From a virus (lineage: Duplodnaviria; Caudoviricetes), in the IMG/VR virus record IMGVR_UViG_3300027819_000006: DNA of 64,000 bases. One strand, written 5' to 3'. The notes under the pieces are model-generated. The model searched no databases. It had not been told where the DNA came from and was given only the letters and a program-made list of their open reading frames with translations. Below, one piece after another: positions 49,696-59,990 of this stretch; position 1 is the first letter of the stretch; each line of letters starts with the position of its first letter. The translations under genes were made by a program, and so were the position numbers.

Positions 49696-50705
49696 TTATT
49701 TAACTCTATTGTCAAGAAATTATCTGCATTTCTAATATTATAATTTAAATGAGACATTATCCATCTATCTAAACAAATATTAGTATCTTCTATTTCTTTT
49801 TCTGCATATACTATCGTAGGATTTTGCATGCAAAGAGTAAAATCTTTATCTAAGTAGTGCTTTCCAGTATGAATAAATAAAAGTTTATTTTTAAGTATGT
49901 CTGTAACACCAGTATAAGAATATATGTTGCATTTTCTATGATTTAATGATATAGCTCCATATCTTTGAATACTATTATAATTAGAGTATTTATCTGGTCT
50001 AAAACTTTTTCTTTGCTCTATAGAAGCCAATACTTTATGTGAACATAATAGATTTATAGTATCTAAACTTTTATTTTCTGACCACTTACTATACAAATGA
50101 TCTATGTTGTCGATTGAATTGACATGTAATTTATATGAGCAAGCTATAATTCTATCTATGCAAGAAGATTCTATATCATAAAATGAATTTTCAGCGATTA
50201 TAGTAGAAAATTCAACTTCTGCATCTAATCTATTATATGATTTGAAATTTTTACTAACATCATCTTTAGATATCCATCTCTGTCTTAACTTTCTAGTCTG
50301 AATAGAAATCTCTCTATCTATTATTGAGACCTTGTTACATTTACAACCATTCAAACTTAAATCTCTTATACTGCAGCTACAGCTATTTTTATAATATATT
50401 GGAATCGTTCTATTCGTATTAGTACATATCCGTATGTTAAACAAGTTATGACAAAAACTTCTATACATTCTAACCCATATTGACAATGCTAAAGATTTGA
50501 AATATTCATCAGCATAATCAGATTTATTCAGAACACTAAAATTATCTAATATTCTCTTTATTGCAATTTTATGATATAATGATTTATTGAAACCCCTTAA
50601 AAATGACTGCTCTATTAGACTTATCCATTTTTCTGGTTTGTTATTATATTCATCTAATAGCTTATTTTCATAATCTTCTATATTAATTTTGCTCTGCATT
50701 GACAT
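49692..50705 (-). CDS. hypothetical protein with internal CxC-x8-G-CxC motif
   Basis: CSCSIRDLSLNGCKC at 50337-50381. Confidence 0.7.
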   Translation of the reverse strand: MSMQSKINIEDYENKLLDEYNNKPEKWISLIEQSFLRGFNKSLYHKIAIKRILDNFSVLNKSDYADEYFKSLALSIWVRMYRSFCHNLFNIRICTNTNRTIPIYYKNSCSCSIRDLSLNGCKCNKVSIIDREISIQTRKLRQRWISKDDVSKNFKSYNRLDAEVEFSTIIAENSFYDIESSCIDRIIACSYKLHVNSIDNIDHLYSKWSENKSLDTINLLCSHKVLASIEQRKSFRPDKYSNYNSIQRYGAISLNHRKCNIYSYTGVTDILKNKLLFIHTGKHYLDKDFTLCMQNPTIVYAEKEIEDTNICLDRWIMSHLNYNIRNADNFLTIELNK

Positions 50706-51067
50706 CCAATAGACATTAGAATATTCAAATCACAGCTACATTTCATATCATCAAACATTTTAACTACTTCTACATAATCTTCATCTTTTTCAAAATCTAG
50801 AGCATCATCTTCATCAAATATAGCATACTCATAATAGTCTTCTAACATTATATTATATGTAGTCTTATTCATAGCATATATTATTATTTTTGATATTTGA
50901 TCATTATCAAACTCAGCATTCAAACAATAAGTAATGTCCCAACTATTCAAACTAGCTGCATCAAAAATAGATTCTATACTAGAATAGATGTCATTTTTAT
51001 CAGAAGTACTAGTTAATTCTGTGTCTTTATAGTAGAGCTGTAGAATATCTGTAATATCTAATTTCAT
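50678..51067 (-). CDS. hypothetical protein with C-terminal Cys tag
   Basis: CSCDLNILMSIGCQC. Confidence 0.7.
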   Translation of the reverse strand: MKLDITDILQLYYKDTELTSTSDKNDIYSSIESIFDAASLNSWDITYCLNAEFDNDQISKIIIYAMNKTTYNIMLEDYYEYAIFDEDDALDFEKDEDYVEVVKMFDDMKCSCDLNILMSIGCQCRAKLI

Positions 51068-51253
51068 TGATGCAAGCTCTCTTCTAATAACTTAAAATTT
51101 TTGTTCAGCGATTCAATTATAGAAGTTATTTGTAGTTCTGTGTATGACTTGTTTAATCTCTTTTTGCTATTTTTTAAACTTTCAAATACCAAAGATGCTG
51201 TACACAAATTATCTATTGTTTTTTCTACAATAGATCTATCTAAAGCAATTTTG

Positions 51254-51736
51254 TCATCCATTGATCTTTTCTATTATGTTAGTTGTTGAAACTCCTTCAA
51301 TCATTGTAAATTGTAATACTTTTCCACCATATGATTTAACATAGTCTGAGCCTATTATTTTCTTTACAGAATATTCTGAACCCTTTACAAGAACATCTGG
51401 TTTGACAGATTTAACTAAATTTAACACAGATTTATCATTGAATGCTACTATATAATCAACAAATGATATAGCAGATAGTACTTTACTTCTGTTTTCTAAA
51501 TTGTTTATTGGTCTGTCTGGTTCTTTATTCTGTTTAGTAGATTTATCTGAATTTATTCCTACTATAACTATATTGTTAGCATTTATATTTTTGCAGAAAT
51601 TTAATAGGTCAGTATGCCCTGCGTGGATCAGATCCCAGATTCCATTAGTAAATATGACAGTTTTATTGCTGAATTTTGCATTCTGTATGCTGAATAATAA
51701 ACTCTTTAGATCGACAATTTTTTCTCTATATCTCAT
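51254..51736 (-). CDS. rfaE2: heptose-1-phosphate nucleotidyltransferase (RfaE domain II)
   Basis: FTNGIWDLIHAGH, VGINSDKS, KPDVLVKGSEY, EGVSTT. Confidence 0.9.
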   Translation of the reverse strand: MRYREKIVDLKSLLFSIQNAKFSNKTVIFTNGIWDLIHAGHTDLLNFCKNINANNIVIVGINSDKSTKQNKEPDRPINNLENRSKVLSAISFVDYIVAFNDKSVLNLVKSVKPDVLVKGSEYSVKKIIGSDYVKSYGGKVLQFTMIEGVSTTNIIEKING

Positions 51737-51857
51737 TTTTGTTCTCTATATACAAAACTTTCTAATTCATTATCATACAAAAATATTAATCTGTATTTCA
51801 ATTTCGAAATTTCTTCTTCTGTTTTTATTGGTATGATAGATATTATCTTTTCTGATA

Positions 51858-52433
51858 CTAAATTTGATTTTTGCATTGGCAACCTTTTAATATTAAAGTG
51901 TCTATGTCACAAGTGCATCTATTAATTAAGGGTATTTTTATATGTAATTTATGCATTCTATCAGACCTTACTATAGCGTCACATTCTTCTATCAGTTTTG
52001 CAGATTTATTTTTACCATTTTTATACAAGTGCATTGCATCTTCAGATGGAGAAATTACAAACAATGGAGCAAAAATTTTTTGAATTTCATTGAGATTATT
52101 TTTATCATAATTACTTTTTTTGAATTTTGCTATATCTTGAGAAGTTTCTATGTTAGTTTTTAATCTTCTTTCTATCATAGGTACTCCGATAAAATCATCT
52201 ATACAAACATTTAACATTATATCATTCATCATATTATCTTCAGAAGTAATTTTCCATATGTTTATATTTGATTGACATTCAAAACAATCACAGCTATGAA
52301 TTTTATATTCTGGCATTACATGCTGACTATAATATATGGCAGCATACTGATTAATTACAGAATATATAAATCCTTTTACAAATGATTTAGATTCACTTTG
52401 AAAATGTTTATTAACATACTCTTCTAATGTCAT
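51858..52433 (-). CDS. hypothetical protein with C-terminal Cys tag
   Basis: CTCDIDTLILKGCQC. Confidence 0.7.
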   Translation of the reverse strand: MTLEEYVNKHFQSESKSFVKGFIYSVINQYAAIYYSQHVMPEYKIHSCDCFECQSNINIWKITSEDNMMNDIMLNVCIDDFIGVPMIERRLKTNIETSQDIAKFKKSNYDKNNLNEIQKIFAPLFVISPSEDAMHLYKNGKNKSAKLIEECDAIVRSDRMHKLHIKIPLINRCTCDIDTLILKGCQCKNQI

Positions 52434-53479
52434 TTCAATCCTCTTTTCAATAAGATACTATCAACACATTCATCAATTATTTCTATTACAGTTTTCTCTT
52501 GTTTTCCAAAAAAACTATGCAATAATGATGTATCACCAAGTCTTCTTTTTACCAAATTTGGATCATGTTCTTCATATATAATTTTGCTTCTAGTGCAGTC
52601 AATTCCTTTGCTTGTAAGCAACTGCTCTATTATTTCTGTTAATTGTAATACAGATGTTTCTTTACCAGAACAAGCATTTATAAAGCCCTCAAAATAGTCT
52701 GGATTCTTCTTACAAATACCTGATTGTGCAGCTAAAATGTTATATCTAGCTACATCTTCAGCATGTATAATATCTAGTGTCTGCTGTCCATTTCCATAGA
52801 TAGTTATATCTTTTCCATCAATGAATGCATTTATAAATTTAGGTACAATCTGCACATAGATATTTTTATCTGACTGTCTTGGACTAGTTATATTAAAAGG
52901 TCTAAAAGATATAAACTTTAGTCCATCATTATCTGAATATGATTTTGCTATATGCTCTACAGATATTTTATTAGCTCCATATAGCAATGAATTATTTCTG
53001 AAATGATGTCTTTCATCTGTAGGAAAATAATCTGAATTTCCATACACAGAAGCAGATGAAGCAAATATTACTTTCTCTACTCCATATCTCAAAGACAACT
53101 CAAACATGTTGACAGAACCCATTACGCCACATTCTATTGCTTCGTATCTTGCTGATCTACTATCAAGAGTTAAAAGCGACGCTTGATGAAATACATAATT
53201 TGGTCTGAAAACATCAAATATGAAATCCATCTTTCTATAATTCGTTATATCATCTCTATAAAAATGTATTCTATTATCATTTTCAGAAGCATATTCATAG
53301 GCCCTGTCTAGATTAGACAGATTGCCATTATACATATTATCAATTACGACAATATTAGAACCTTTGTAGTATTTAGCTAATAACTCTACTATATAACTTC
53401 CAACATTTCCCGCGCCGCCAGAGATTACAGATGTAGTGCAATCTTTCTGCTCTATCTGTTTGATGTTACTATTCATCAA
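52430..53479 (-). CDS. NDP-sugar epimerase/dehydratase (extended SDR)
   Basis: SGGAGNVG, FASSASVYG, YGANK, FRPFN. Confidence 0.92.
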   Translation of the reverse strand: MMNSNIKQIEQKDCTTSVISGGAGNVGSYIVELLAKYYKGSNIVVIDNMYNGNLSNLDRAYEYASENDNRIHFYRDDITNYRKMDFIFDVFRPNYVFHQASLLTLDSRSARYEAIECGVMGSVNMFELSLRYGVEKVIFASSASVYGNSDYFPTDERHHFRNNSLLYGANKISVEHIAKSYSDNDGLKFISFRPFNITSPRQSDKNIYVQIVPKFINAFIDGKDITIYGNGQQTLDIIHAEDVARYNILAAQSGICKKNPDYFEGFINACSGKETSVLQLTEIIEQLLTSKGIDCTRSKIIYEEHDPNLVKRRLGDTSLLHSFFGKQEKTVIEIIDECVDSILLKRGLK

Positions 53480-53763
53480 CCTCCACTATCGTCGTCTTCA
53501 TCATCTGATTCTTCATCTTCAGAATCAAGATCTGAATCTTTGTCTTTATAGCCATGATAAACATGTTCAGCATCTTCAAATCCCCATTCTAACATTGTCA
53601 ACATGTTCTCTAATTCTTCTTTTACTATTTTAAGTTTACTTCTGTAATACTTGACCGAGCCTTCAGATCTTCTCAAATCTATCATGTCTAAAATGTCTGA
53701 TGATTCTTCTGACAATACATTTAGAGCATCTTCTAATCTATTGCTGATTCTCACTGAGGCCAT
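53476..53763 (-). CDS. acidic-tailed hypothetical protein
   Basis: 95 aa, D/E-rich C-terminus. Confidence 0.6.
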   Translation of the reverse strand: MASVRISNRLEDALNVLSEESSDILDMIDLRRSEGSVKYYRSKLKIVKEELENMLTMLEWGFEDAEHVYHGYKDKDSDLDSEDEESDDEDDDSGG

Positions 53764-53764
53764 T

Positions 53765-54111
53765 TTAATTTCTCCTGTTTTGTTTGCATTGACAGCCTTG
53801 TAGCATTAATGTATTCATGTCGCATAAACATTTTCTGCTATAATCAGATTCAAAATGAAAAAATGTATCAGTTGGTTTTTTCATGGGTTGAGTAACTGCA
53901 AATTCTTCTATTATATAGCTAGACTATGTTTTTATCAGCTCTTTCTAAGTATTCATTAAATATTTCTATTGGAGCATCTTCTATGGATGGAAAAGTAACA
54001 GACATCTCTATATCGTTGTTTACATAGAGCATTCTGTTCCAATCTCTTTTAAAATTTCTGTTGCTTAATTCTTTACAGCGCTAATATTTCAATTTCAGAT
54101 TGCTCAGTCAT
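53765..54111 (-). pseudogene. frameshifted ORF with C-terminal Cys tag (not in ORF track)
   Basis: CLCDMNTLMLQGCQC at 53786-53830; two frameshifts upstream. Confidence 0.65.
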
Positions 54112-54499
54112 TTTTCAGCTCTTTCATTCTATCTGAATAGCACCCACATCCATATCTAGTTAAATTATCTACACTACAAATACATTCTGTAAATTCAAAG
54201 AAATCATCTAATATAATTGATTCAAGTGTTACAGTTATTTCTGGTATTTCATTAGGTTCTGTTTTGCTTGTTTCATATTTAAGATAGAAATATAGAGGTT
54301 TGAAATTAACTTCTTGGCATTTATCTCTTAAAGTTGTTATCTGTCCAACAAAATTTTTCGGTGCTGGCATTTCATATGTACCATTATTTTGTTTGAACTG
54401 TAATTCTTCTTTTGATATTTCTTTTCTGAGAAATTGACTCAGTAATGTATCTGATTGATCTTTATAAGATTTAATTGCTCTTGCTTTTGATACTGTCAT
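54104..54499 (-). CDS. hypothetical protein with C-terminal Cys tag
   Basis: CICSVDNLTRYGCGC. Confidence 0.65.
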   Translation of the reverse strand: MTVSKARAIKSYKDQSDTLLSQFLRKEISKEELQFKQNNGTYEMPAPKNFVGQITTLRDKCQEVNFKPLYFYLKYETSKTEPNEIPEITVTLESIILDDFFEFTECICSVDNLTRYGCGCYSDRMKELKND

Positions 54500-55414
54500 A
54501 ATAGCTCCTTGCTTTTATATAGTTTTTCTAGTTCTTTTAAATGATTGAACTTCAGCTCATTATTTATCAATTTTTCTGACATTTCAGAATATATTTTATG
54601 CCAATCTTTCAGATATGCTGAACTAACTGTTAAGTTAATTTCAACATCTTTATCTTGTTTTGCCATTTTAGTAAGTTTTTTCAGATCAAGTTCAGAATTA
54701 GAATTCAAATAAAACAACATTGGTCTGATATTATTTCCTAAAAATCTAGATAAGAATGCTCCTTCTAATTGTTTTTCGGGAGTAGCTTTACCTATAGGGT
54801 ATTTATTCTCAGGATTATATGTCTTGCCTTTCTCTAAAGGTTTTATAGCATTAAATTCTTCTAATGTTATTTCACGCAAATCAAACTTGAATTTCTCTTT
54901 TCCTTGTTGTAACCTATTTAAGAAATTATAAGCATATTTATTGAAATCGTCTAAAACAGCTGAATAAGGTTTTTGTTTAGTATTAAATCCTAAAAGTTCT
55001 TTTTCATTATACTTTTCGTCATATTCAGAATATCTAAATTCTTTAATCTGATAACCATCCATTCTATCTCTGATCATTTCTTCTATTTGCTGTCTTGAAT
55101 CTGTAAAAACAATTGTATCTCCATTTTTATATTTGTTTTTATGTATTTCTTCATTTTGAGAGCTTCTTTTACTGTCATAACTATAGTCTATCTCCTATGA
55201 ATTCTTTCTTCTGTTTTTTAGCATATTTTTCCATTACTTGTTCATCACTCATTTCATCAAATCCAAGTTCACACCATCCAAGGTACCAAAATTTCTTGCT
55301 ATGCCATTTATTTTTAGTATGATAAGGATTGATGCTTACTGATAAGCCAATATTTTTTATTGATTTACCTTTTAGATAAGCTGAAATCTTCTTGTTTTCT
55401 CTCTTTTTGTTCAT
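54496..55414 (-). CDS. hypothetical proteins (54496-55077, 55181-55414)
   Basis: coupled ORFs. Confidence 0.55.
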
Positions 55415-55908
55415 AGTTCATTCCTTCTGTATGATCCACAAGTACATCCCTGCAATATCAATGTATCAATGTTGCATGTGCACTTTTTAATTATTGATTG
55501 CATGTTTTCTGCAGTTATTGGTCCTAATTTGTATTCTGCTACTATGCTTTTTGCTACATTGCAACAAATAGATTCATGAAGATTTTCTAAATCATATAGT
55601 CTATTTTTTAGAATGTAATCATAATGTTCATTAATTTTCATAGTTGTAATATCATTATTGAACAATTTATCTGATTTTGTTAAAGAAGCTTCATCTACTG
55701 TTTCTTTAAATAGAATTATATTATCAATATTTTCATGAATATCTACTTTTACTCTATCAAGAGCAACTTTTTGGGTCCTGTAAGTGAAACATAATTCTAA
55801 ATAAAATTTAATATCTTCTATACAAGCATAGCATAAATCATATTCTTTATAATTTTCATCAATTTCAAAATATTTAGAATGATCTACTGTTTTATTAGCA
55901 CATCTCAT
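55411..55908 (-). CDS. hypothetical protein with C-terminal Cys tag
   Basis: CTCNIDTLILQGCTC. Confidence 0.7.
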   Translation of the reverse strand: MRCANKTVDHSKYFEIDENYKEYDLCYACIEDIKFYLELCFTYRTQKVALDRVKVDIHENIDNIILFKETVDEASLTKSDKLFNNDITTMKINEHYDYILKNRLYDLENLHESICCNVAKSIVAEYKLGPITAENMQSIIKKCTCNIDTLILQGCTCGSYRRNEL

Positions 55909-56819
55909 TTAATTTTCTCAATTTCTTGTAAGAATCTCTTAACTGCATCTTTCCAATCTGGCATCTGTTTTAGCTCTTTGCATTTTCTCAATCTATAGCA
56001 ATCTAAAGCTGAAAAATTTGGTCTCTTGACATTGGAGTAAAACTCTGAAGCTTTTACTGCTTCTAATAAATTAACATCCCAACCCATCAATTCGTAAATA
56101 TATTTGGCAAACTTATACCAGCTCAGAACTCCTCTGTTAACTATATTCCATGTCCCATATTCTTGTACATCATGAATTAGCATATCTACTAAAACTTCAC
56201 TAATGTCTTTAGTATATGCTATGGAGATAATCTGGTATGACACTACTTTTGTTACATCTTTTCCATTATATTTGTTCATGATCATATATGGAAAATTGCT
56301 CCAATTTTTAGCTGAACTACCTTTCTTGCCAAATAGAGATGATACTCTTATATTAAAATATTTATTGCATATAGCTTTCAGAGTCATTTCTCCAGCAGCT
56401 TTTGTTACTCCATAGAAATTCAGAGGATCTACTTTTGCAAATTCTGTGAATCCTTCAGATGTTAGAGCTTGAGATGAATCCGAGCCAAGCACATAGTCAG
56501 TACTAAAATTAATGAGCAGACTATCGTATTTATTTGCCAACTGAGCCATATTTTTTACAGCAACTATATTGACCTCGCAAGCTAAAGATGGATTATTTTC
56601 AATTTGTTCAACATTATGACATGATGCTCCGTTAATTACGATGTCAGGACGTAAATCTTCAAAATAGTGCTCTATAAGTTTAGGATCAGTAACATCTAAT
56701 TCTTCTCTATTTCTAGCTATAGTTAAAAATTTATCTCCATGCAGTTTTAGATTACTATAGAGATCAGAGCATAATTGCCCATCGCTGCCAGAAATTAAGA
56801 CTCTCTTTACTAAACTCAT
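55905..56819 (-). CDS. rmlD: dTDP-4-dehydrorhamnose reductase-like
   Basis: SGSDGQL, FSTDYV, YGVTKAAGE, RPNFSALD. Confidence 0.92.
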   Translation of the reverse strand: MSLVKRVLISGSDGQLCSDLYSNLKLHGDKFLTIARNREELDVTDPKLIEHYFEDLRPDIVINGASCHNVEQIENNPSLACEVNIVAVKNMAQLANKYDSLLINFSTDYVLGSDSSQALTSEGFTEFAKVDPLNFYGVTKAAGEMTLKAICNKYFNIRVSSLFGKKGSSAKNWSNFPYMIMNKYNGKDVTKVVSYQIISIAYTKDISEVLVDMLIHDVQEYGTWNIVNRGVLSWYKFAKYIYELMGWDVNLLEAVKASEFYSNVKRPNFSALDCYRLRKCKELKQMPDWKDAVKRFLQEIEKIK

Positions 56820-57400
56820 TACTTAGTTTCCCTCTTCCAATCCCAACCCATTATATCGACAGAAGCTCTATATTCATCAGATCCGTTATATTTGTTATTT
56901 ATAAAGTAGAGTAAAATAGCTTCTTCATTTGTAAAATTAAAAGAGCCATGTTGTAATCCTCTTCTCACTATTACAGGGCCGTTATTAGTGTTCCTATCAG
57001 ACAAATAAAACCATTTACATACTGGTCCATTTATAAAATCAGAATATAAATCTTTATTCTGTTTAAAATAATCTGAATTCATAAAATCAAACCACTGATT
57101 AACTAATTTTAGTCGTTGAATTTTTGAATAATCAGATGTTTTTTTAATGAAATCATCAAGAGTTTTATTATCATATCTCTCTCTATATAAATCATAAACT
57201 GCTTGACTATAATTTGGAACATTACAAATTCCAATTTTTAGAGAACCTTTGAGCACAATTTGATAATCATCTTGAGCATAATGCATGTGGAAAGCTGCTA
57301 GTGTACCTGGATAAACTATACTGCAATTTATGTCTCCCTCTTTCATAGAAGAAAATATGTCACAGTATCTCTGAGCTCTATCATCTCCACCTGCTCGCAT
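56819..57400 (-). CDS. rmlC: dTDP-sugar 3,5-epimerase-like cupin with internal insertion
   Basis: DDR, AFHMH..QDDY, GLQHG; adjacent to rmlD. Confidence 0.7.
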   Translation of the reverse strand: MRAGGDDRAQRYCDIFSSMKEGDINCSIVYPGTLAAFHMHYAQDDYQIVLKGSLKIGICNVPNYSQAVYDLYRERYDNKTLDDFIKKTSDYSKIQRLKLVNQWFDFMNSDYFKQNKDLYSDFINGPVCKWFYLSDRNTNNGPVIVRRGLQHGSFNFTNEEAILLYFINNKYNGSDEYRASVDIMGWDWKRETK

Positions 57401-57639
57401 TAGATCAATTCCTTTCTACAAATACACCCTTTTAATGTCAAAGTATCTATATCACAGACACATTCTATATTATTAGTAGCAATTTTATTAGCAAATCTTT
57501 CAAATTTAAAGTTATTCCTCATCACACTTCTCATGCCATTTTCTATATACCACTCAGAATAATTTTTTACTGATCTTATTTCATAGCCACTATTTTTAAG
57601 ATATCTCTGAATATCTTCTGGTAATTTACTTTCATTCAT
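57400..57639 (-). CDS. small protein with C-terminal Cys tag
   Basis: CVCDIDTLTLKGCIC. Confidence 0.65.
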   Translation of the reverse strand: MNESKLPEDIQRYLKNSGYEIRSVKNYSEWYIENGMRSVMRNNFKFERFANKIATNNIECVCDIDTLTLKGCICRKELI

Positions 57640-57654
57640 AACGCACCTCTTAAT

Positions 57655-58119
57655 TTAATATAGCATCGAAACTTTTAAAGCATTATCGAGCACTTCGTCA
57701 AGCTTGTCAATCGTCAAATTACGCTTCTTATTATAAACTGCTACTTCATCAGCTGCTTCTAATCTTTCTTTATCAGATAATTCTTTATTTCTTCTAGCAT
57801 CCTCAAGCGACCACAGCTTCTTCGTGTAAGTATTCAAATCTGCTATCAAATCTAGAAAATAATCATCTTGTTCTGCATGTACTGTTTTATCGTAATTCTT
57901 ATATTTTTTATACGTAGCTGGTCTATCCCAATTAATTATACTGACAAGTATAGATGATAATTCTTTTATTAACCAGCCTCTCTGTTCTAGAAGTCTGTCT
58001 ATTACTTCTAATTCTTCTTCAGATCTTGCTGTTTCTCTGTTTACTTTAATTCTTTGCTCTAATATGCAAAGCTGATCAATTATTCCACCTAAAGTTTGAA
58101 TTTTATAACACTCCATCAA
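57655..58119 (-). CDS. helical protein, DUF4254-like
   Basis: GGIIDQLCIL..K; LWSLED.R; NKKRN..IDKLD. Confidence 0.5.
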   Translation of the reverse strand: MMECYKIQTLGGIIDQLCILEQRIKVNRETARSEEELEVIDRLLEQRGWLIKELSSILVSIINWDRPATYKKYKNYDKTVHAEQDDYFLDLIADLNTYTKKLWSLEDARRNKELSDKERLEAADEVAVYNKKRNLTIDKLDEVLDNALKVSMLY

Positions 58120-58750
58120 CTAATTCATCTATTTCATGCAACATGCCGTGATTGACATGTTTAATTCTGAGTAATACAGTAGATAGTTCTAAAATTTTAT
58201 TATCTTGATCTTTCAATTCTGCTAACAGTTTTATCTCTCTTGAAGTCAGAGAATTCTGATACATGAATATCTTTACATCATGAAAGAAATCATTTAGAAT
58301 TTTTCTTTGTTTCCATCTTTTCAAAATTTTCTCTTTTTATTACAATTTTCTATTTCTTTTAGCATTTTGTTAAATTGAATCTTGTTTATATGAATGTAGC
58401 TGCTAGCAGATAGTGAATCTATGAATAGTTCATAGTAGTTATTATCTTTTTCTGAGTCTAAAATTGTATGAGAATGAAAAATCATATTAGTATAACAACC
58501 AATCTAGCATCAAAAAATGTAATATTCTATATGTAACAGATATTCTGTGACTAAATTTTATGTTGTATGTTTTGTCATCTATTTGCTGCATAGAAAATTT
58601 CAGCTTTTTATCAACTAGAAAATTATAATTGCCAAATGTTTCATGCTTGTCATGCATGATAGCATATTTTATTTTCTCTTTCAATCTATAATACACTATT
58701 TCTGATATATCTATATTATAGATTTTATTTTCATAGTTTATATGAATCAT
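58103..58750 (-). CDS. small hypothetical proteins (58103-58324, 58487-58750)
   Basis: minus-strand ORFs. Confidence 0.5.
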
Positions 58751-58757
58751 CTATCTA

Positions 58758-59084
58758 TTATACAAAAGTCATTTCAAATTCTTTTTTGCATATACAACCC
58801 TGCAATATCAGAGTTTGCATGTCGCATGTACATATGTCATTAATTGTACTTATTCCATTATTTTTATCTTTGCAATTGTGCAAACATTCAAAGATATATT
58901 TTATGTTATCTTCTGTATATTTGTGAGTGTCAGGAAAATGTATAGCATCTCTATAACAAAATTCACATGTCAATCTCAGCTTTTCTTTATAGTTGTCCCA
59001 AGTGTCTAATTTTGAATTATATGTGAAACCCAAATGTTTTAAAAATTTTTGTATAGTAGCTATATCTTTATTCATTTCCAGCAT
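58758..59084 (-). CDS. hypothetical protein with C-terminal Cys tag
   Basis: CTCDMQTLILQGCIC. Confidence 0.7.
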   Translation of the reverse strand: MLEMNKDIATIQKFLKHLGFTYNSKLDTWDNYKEKLRLTCEFCYRDAIHFPDTHKYTEDNIKYIFECLHNCKDKNNGISTINDICTCDMQTLILQGCICKKEFEMTFV

Positions 59085-59109
59085 CTCAATTAAATTTTAA
59101 TACAATAGA

Positions 59110-59973
59110 TTAGCAAATTATACGCCAAACTATATCTATTTCGTCTTCCCAGATGCGAATTAGTCTATAACCATTATCTTCAGCTATTCTATTTTTTCTA
59201 TTATCATTATCAATCTTTCCCTTTTGCCATTCATTTACAGGTCCATTAACATATATTCTAGGATTACAGTGATAATAGTTACCATCAACTTCTATTAACA
59301 TGTTATATTCTGGAATATAAAAATCAAAATAAGATTTATTTAAATAAAACTGACTCTTATACTCTATATTTAAACTATCTAAAATCTTAGCTATTTTTAT
59401 TTCAGGTTTACTTATTCTATATTTAAGACATTTTTCATTTCTATTTTTATTTCTTGCAATCCACATTTCTTCTGCTTTTTCAAGACCATGTTTTTCTATC
59501 CATATATCTTTAAGTGATTTACCATACATGGGATTTTTGCTTCCAGAAACATCTGCATGATTTTCTGACATACTAACAGTTGATTTTTTTATTCTTTCAT
59601 CAGTTTCTTTAGTTAAGCCTTTATTCCATGTTATTATAGATCCTTGTTCAAGCCTTTCTATTCGTGTTTCAGATATTTTATTACATGATTCGATAGAATG
59701 TTTTCTACCATACATGGGATTATTTTCACCCTTTGCTAAACCTTTTTCTATTCTAGTTTTAGATATTTTAGCTTTAGTTTCTTCAGATGCTTTTCTCCCT
59801 TTCAACTTTCCTGAATTTTTACATTTATGACATTTTCTATTCAGCCCAGTAACTTCGTTCAAGCAATTTGTCGCAGCACATTTATATTTGATATATTCTA
59901 TGCATTCTTGACATATTCCAGATTTATTTCTATTGCCTAATTCATTAATACCACAAATATAGCATAATAGCAT
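59110..59973 (-). CDS. NUMOD3 + DUF559/Vsr-like homing-type endonuclease
   Basis: GENNPMYGRKHS, SKPE..FDFYI..IEVDGNYYH..GYRLIRIWE. Confidence 0.85.
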   Translation of the reverse strand: MLLCYICGINELGNRNKSGICQECIEYIKYKCAATNCLNEVTGLNRKCHKCKNSGKLKGRKASEETKAKISKTRIEKGLAKGENNPMYGRKHSIESCNKISETRIERLEQGSIITWNKGLTKETDERIKKSTVSMSENHADVSGSKNPMYGKSLKDIWIEKHGLEKAEEMWIARNKNRNEKCLKYRISKPEIKIAKILDSLNIEYKSQFYLNKSYFDFYIPEYNMLIEVDGNYYHCNPRIYVNGPVNEWQKGKIDNDNRKNRIAEDNGYRLIRIWEDEIDIVWRIIC

Positions 59974-59990
59974 TATACATTCTCAAATAA

